Assembly (NCBI GenBank): GCA_963828255.1
Contig: CAWHDZ010000001.1
Coordinates: 1 to 19,361 of the forward strand
Direction: 5' to 3'
Source: an uncultured delta proteobacterium
Lineage (GTDB): Bacteria; Myxococcota; Myxococcia; Myxococcales; Anaeromyxobacteraceae
Length of the DNA: 19,361 nucleotides
Positions 16,179-19,361 of the stretch are shown in pieces. Numbering within the stretch: the first letter of the stretch is position 1; each line of letters starts with the position of its first letter. The notes under the pieces were generated by a model. That model did no database searches. It saw only the letters and a program-made list of their open reading frames with translations, and was not told the origin of the DNA. The position numbers were made by a program, and so were the translations under genes.

Positions 16179-16960
16179 CCCGGCCCGGGAAGGGAGCGCC
16201 GCCCGAGATGGTGCGCCCGTACGGCGACCGGCGCGACGACGGGGTGGTGCAGCTCTCCTTCGTCCTGCCGGTGGAGCCCGGTGACCGGGCCCGGGAGGCG
16301 GCCACGCAGGTGGCCCGCAAGATGGGGATCGAAGGCGTGCACGTGGCCGCCATGGAGAGGGCCGCCGAGGGCTACACCTTCTTCGTGGTCTACGGCCGCA
16401 CCGACGCCGCGGTGGACCTCACGGCCATCGACGTGCCGGAGGTGAAGGTCGAGAAGCGCGGCTTCGACGAGCTGAACGCGCTCGTCTCCCGCGATCTGGG
16501 GCGGCGCATCGTGGTGCTGGGCGCCTGCACCGGCTCCGACGCCCACGCGGTGGGCATCGACGCCATCATGAACATGAAGGGGTTCGCCGGCGACTACGGC
16601 CTGGAGCGCTACCCGGCCTTCGACGCGCGCAACCTCGGCTCGCAGGTGGAGAACGCGGCGCTGGCCCGGGCCTGCCGCGAGTCCGGGGCCGACGCCGTGC
16701 TGGTCTCGCAGGTGGTCACCCAGCGTGACGTCCACAAGGAGAACGCCCGGGCCTTCCTCGACGAGCTGGGGAAGCTCGGCATCCGCGACCGGCTGGTGAC
16801 CATCCTGGGCGGCCCCCGCATCGACCACCGGCTGGCGCTCGAGCTGGGATACGACGCCGGCTTCGGGCCGGGCACGAAGCCGTCCGACGTGGCGAACTAC
16901 ATCGTGGGGCGCGTGCTCGCCAGGGCGGGCAAGGCTCCGACGGAGGAGCGAGATGGCTGA
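16175..16960 (+). CDS. kamE: Lysine 5,6-aminomutase beta subunit (cobalamin-binding)
   Basis: [36 protein letters not shown] (DxHxxG plus PLP Lys) and GYDAGFGPG. Confidence 0.96.
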   Translation: MTRPGKGAPPEMVRPYGDRRDDGVVQLSFVLPVEPGDRAREAATQVARKMGIEGVHVAAMERAAEGYTFFVVYGRTDAAVDLTAIDVPEVKVEKRGFDELNALVSRDLGRRIVVLGACTGSDAHAVGIDAIMNMKGFAGDYGLERYPAFDARNLGSQVENAALARACRESGADAVLVSQVVTQRDVHKENARAFLDELGKLGIRDRLVTILGGPRIDHRLALELGYDAGFGPGTKPSDVANYIVGRVLARAGKAPTEERDG

Positions 16961-17348
16961 CCGGGTCCTCATCCGCATGCGCATGTCCCAGGCCGACGCC
17001 CACTACGGGGGAAACCTGGTGGACGGGGCGCGCATGCTTCAGCTCTTCGGCGACGTGGCCACCGAGCTCCTCGTCCGTCACGACGGCGACGAGGGGCTCT
17101 TCCGCGCCTACGACGCGGTGGAGTTCCTGGCCCCGGTGCACGCCGGTGACTACGTGGAGGCGACCGGGGAGATCACCCGGGTCGGCGCAACGTCGCGGGC
17201 CATGCGATTCGAGGCCCGCAAGGTCGTGATCCCGCGCCCCGATCTCTCCGACAGCGCCGCGGAGCTGCTGGCCGAGCCGGTGGTGGTCTGCCGGGCCGCC
17301 GGGACCTGCGTGGTCCCGAAGGACAAGCAGCGCAGGGTGCGCGGGTAG
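16953..17348 (+). CDS. kal: 3-aminobutyryl-CoA ammonia-lyase (hot-dog fold)
   Basis: [34 protein letters not shown] and [11 protein letters not shown]. Confidence 0.93.
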   Translation: MADRVLIRMRMSQADAHYGGNLVDGARMLQLFGDVATELLVRHDGDEGLFRAYDAVEFLAPVHAGDYVEATGEITRVGATSRAMRFEARKVVIPRPDLSDSAAELLAEPVVVCRAAGTCVVPKDKQRRVRG

Positions 17349-17366
17349 GCGAGGAAGGGGGCAGCC

Positions 17367-18185
17367 GTGGGAGAGAAGGCCATCGTCACCTGCGCGGTCG
17401 TGGGGGCCGAGGTGACCCGGGAGCAGAGCCCGGCCGTCCCGTACACGCCGGAGGAGATCGCCCGCGCAGCGGTGGAAGCCTGGCGGGAGGGGGCGGCGGT
17501 CGTCCACCTGCACGCGCGCCACCCGGACGGACGGCCCTCGCAGCGCGCCGAGCACTTCCGCGAGATCGTGGACCGCATCCGGGCGGCCGGCTGCGACGTC
17601 GTCGTGCAGTGCTCCACCGGCGGCGCGGTGGGGATGGGCGTGGAGGAGCGGCTGGGGTCCCTCGTCCCCGGCGCGGAGATGGCGACCCTGAACATGGGCA
17701 CGCTCAACTTCGGCGACGACGTCTTCGTGAACGCGCGCCCCGACATCGTCCGCATCGCCGGCCGCATCCGCGAGCGGGGGATCGTGCCCGAGTGCGAGGT
17801 CTACGACGCCGGGATGCTCGAGACCCTGCGCTGGTTCCTCGACAAGGGTCACCTGGCCCGCCCCTACCACGTGCAGTTCGTGCTCGGGGTCCCCGGAGGG
17901 ATGTCCGGGACCGAGCGGAACCTCCGGTTCCTGGTGGAGGGGATGCCGGAGCCGGTCCCCTGGACGGTGGCCGGGATCGGCCGCTTCGAGATGCCCATGG
18001 CCGAGCTCTCGCTTCGCATGGGTGGCCACGTGCGGGTCGGACTGGAGGACAACCTCTACCTCTCCAAGGGGGTCCTCGCGAAGGGCAACCAGGAGCTGGT
18101 GGCCGCGGCGGTCCGCCTGGTGGCGGCGTCGGGGCGCCGACTGGCCTCGCCCTCTGACGCACGGTGTATGCTGGAGCTCGCATGA
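17367..18185 (+). CDS. kce: 3-keto-5-aminohexanoate cleavage enzyme (BKACE family)
   Basis: PYTPEEIA, VHLHAR, STGG, TLNFG and HVRVGLEDN motifs; pathway context. Confidence 0.92.
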   Translation: MGEKAIVTCAVVGAEVTREQSPAVPYTPEEIARAAVEAWREGAAVVHLHARHPDGRPSQRAEHFREIVDRIRAAGCDVVVQCSTGGAVGMGVEERLGSLVPGAEMATLNMGTLNFGDDVFVNARPDIVRIAGRIRERGIVPECEVYDAGMLETLRWFLDKGHLARPYHVQFVLGVPGGMSGTERNLRFLVEGMPEPVPWTVAGIGRFEMPMAELSLRMGGHVRVGLEDNLYLSKGVLAKGNQELVAAAVRLVAASGRRLASPSDARCMLELA

Positions 18186-18667
18186 GCCTCAAGGACTGGC
18201 TGGTCCGCTTCAAGACGCAGCACGAGCAGGCGCGGGCCGGGAGCCTCTCCGCCGAGGGGCTGGCGGACTACCGGGCCGGGCGCGACGAGCTGGCCCGGGC
18301 GCTGCTCGGGGCCCAGGCAGCCGGCCTCAGGAAGGGCGAGGTTCCGCGGCAGGCGCTGCGCGTCGCCCGGGCCCTGCAGGCGGACATCGAGTGGAGCGTG
18401 GACCGGGTTCGCGCGGTGACCCAGGAGGTGTCCGTGGGGGGCTTCTCGGCGCTGCTCGCCAAGTCGCCGCCCACCGACGAGGAGGTCAAGGTCAAGATCC
18501 GCCTGCCGGGAGCGGAGCCGGTGGCGCTCCGGGCCAGGGTGGTGAACGCGCTGGTCCAGCCCGGCGCCGTCCGGGTGTCGTTCCAGTTCCAGGGAATGGG
18601 TGCGGCGGAGCGGGAGCAGATGGAGTTCGCCGTCTTCGACACGGTGATCCAGTGCATCAAGGTCTGA
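18182..18667 (+). CDS. PilZ-domain protein
   Basis: RQALR (RxxxR) and EVSVGG, followed by a PilZ-like beta barrel pattern. ATGA-coupled to kce. Confidence 0.8.
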   Translation: MSLKDWLVRFKTQHEQARAGSLSAEGLADYRAGRDELARALLGAQAAGLRKGEVPRQALRVARALQADIEWSVDRVRAVTQEVSVGGFSALLAKSPPTDEEVKVKIRLPGAEPVALRARVVNALVQPGAVRVSFQFQGMGAAEREQMEFAVFDTVIQCIKV

Positions 18668-18706
18668 AGGCGCCGACGGCCTCGATCAGGTCCCACGAAA
18701 GGTGAA

Positions 18707-18739
18707 GGCGGCTCCGGGGCCCGCCGCCCCGGAACCGCC
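18707..18739. terminator. Hairpin between convergent genes (possible bidirectional terminator)
   Basis: GGCGGCTCCGGGGC / GCCCCGGAACCGCC pairs at 13 of 14 positions with a 5-nt loop. U-tract is weak. Confidence 0.55.
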
Positions 18740-18757
18740 CTCTGCGCCCCACGCGCG

Positions 18758-19361
18758 TTACGACTTGGCCGGCTCGGCCGGGGCCTTGGCCCCGAGGTCG
18801 AAGTCAACGTCCAGCTGGACCGTCCACATCATGTTGGACTGGGCGGGCTGTGCGTACTTGTTCAGGAAGAAGAGCGGACCGGTGATGACGTCGATGGCGG
18901 GCGTGAAGTAGACGGCGATGCCACCGCCGGCCGCCGAGTAGGCGTTGTTGCCGGTCATGATGTCGGCGACGAAGTTGAGCTTGTAGAGCCCCTTCAGGTC
19001 GAGGACGAGATCCGGGGAGATGTAGGAGGCCATGAAGCCGCCGCGCGTCACCAGCACGCCGTCGACGTCGCTCCAGAGCGCGTTCGTGCCGCCCGCGCCG
19101 TAGTAGCCGCCCACCGTGACCGCGCCGAAGAAGAAGGTCTTGCCGATCTCCGCGTGCAGGACGCAGAACTGGGTCCCCTGGTTGACGCCCACGCCGTAGA
19201 TGCCGCCGGAGATGCCCGGGAACCAATCCCCGTAGGATCCCTCGACGAGGCCGATCTTCGCGTTCAGCTGCAGCGCTCCCGCCGGCTGCACGAAGATCGC
19301 GCTGCCTCCCCAGTAGGGGAAGAAGAAGTCGATGCCCACCTCGGCCTGCATCTTCTCGAAC
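18758..19361 (-). CDS. 3' part of a hypothetical protein, probably an outer-membrane beta-barrel
   Basis: Gly/aromatic-rich alternating strands ending WTVQLDVDF. The true start is probably outside the window. Confidence 0.7.
   Translation of the reverse strand, partial: FEKMQAEVGIDFFFPYWGGSAIFVQPAGALQLNAKIGLVEGSYGDWFPGISGGIYGVGVNQGTQFCVLHAEIGKTFFFGAVTVGGYYGAGGTNALWSDVDGVLVTRGGFMASYISPDLVLDLKGLYKLNFVADIMTGNNAYSAAGGGIAVYFTPAIDVITGPLFFLNKYAQPAQSNMMWTVQLDVDFDLGAKAPAEPAKS

Noticed and set aside
6798..18029. Long shadow ORFs (e.g. 6798-9059, 13771-15957, 16716-18029) and 5' extensions of 7176-10610, 8891-11728 and 13236-16178
   Set aside because: Antisense or off-frame to well-supported genes; expected in high-GC DNA where stop codons are rare.
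15835..18706. 13-bp match CACGAAAGGTGAA at ~15835 and ~18694
   Set aside because: One copy is coding and nothing between them looks mobile; probably chance.

Overview
Very GC-rich DNA from a probable Myxococcota (Anaeromyxobacter-like) genome; the taxonomy is inferred from gene content and protein style. The first ~6.97 kb is a complete small integrative element inserted in a tRNA-Arg(CCT) gene. It is bounded by a perfect 41-bp direct repeat of the tRNA 3' half (1-41 and 6932-6972), with matching CTTCGTGACG arm-type repeats and IHF-like sites just inside both ends. It carries a tyrosine-recombinase-fold integrase with several non-canonical catalytic positions (His at the expected Tyr), a convergent excisionase-like HTH gene, and two divergent clusters of closely spaced or overlapping small unknown genes. 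Those clusters flank a palindrome- and repeat-rich control region, and one gene is weakly terminase-small-subunit-like. The element also has a stand-alone sigma-70 region-4 protein with an apparently leaderless promoter and a broken lipoprotein. No capsid, tail, primase/replicase or conjugation gene is recognisable, so it is either a minimal phage-satellite-like island or a heavily reduced prophage. The remainder is core chromosome: Ser/Thr kinase-TPR (-), then cca, a hybrid REC-histidine kinase, mnmA, mtaB, kamD, a lipoprotein, kamE, kal, kce and a PilZ protein (+), and a partial convergent gene at the right edge.
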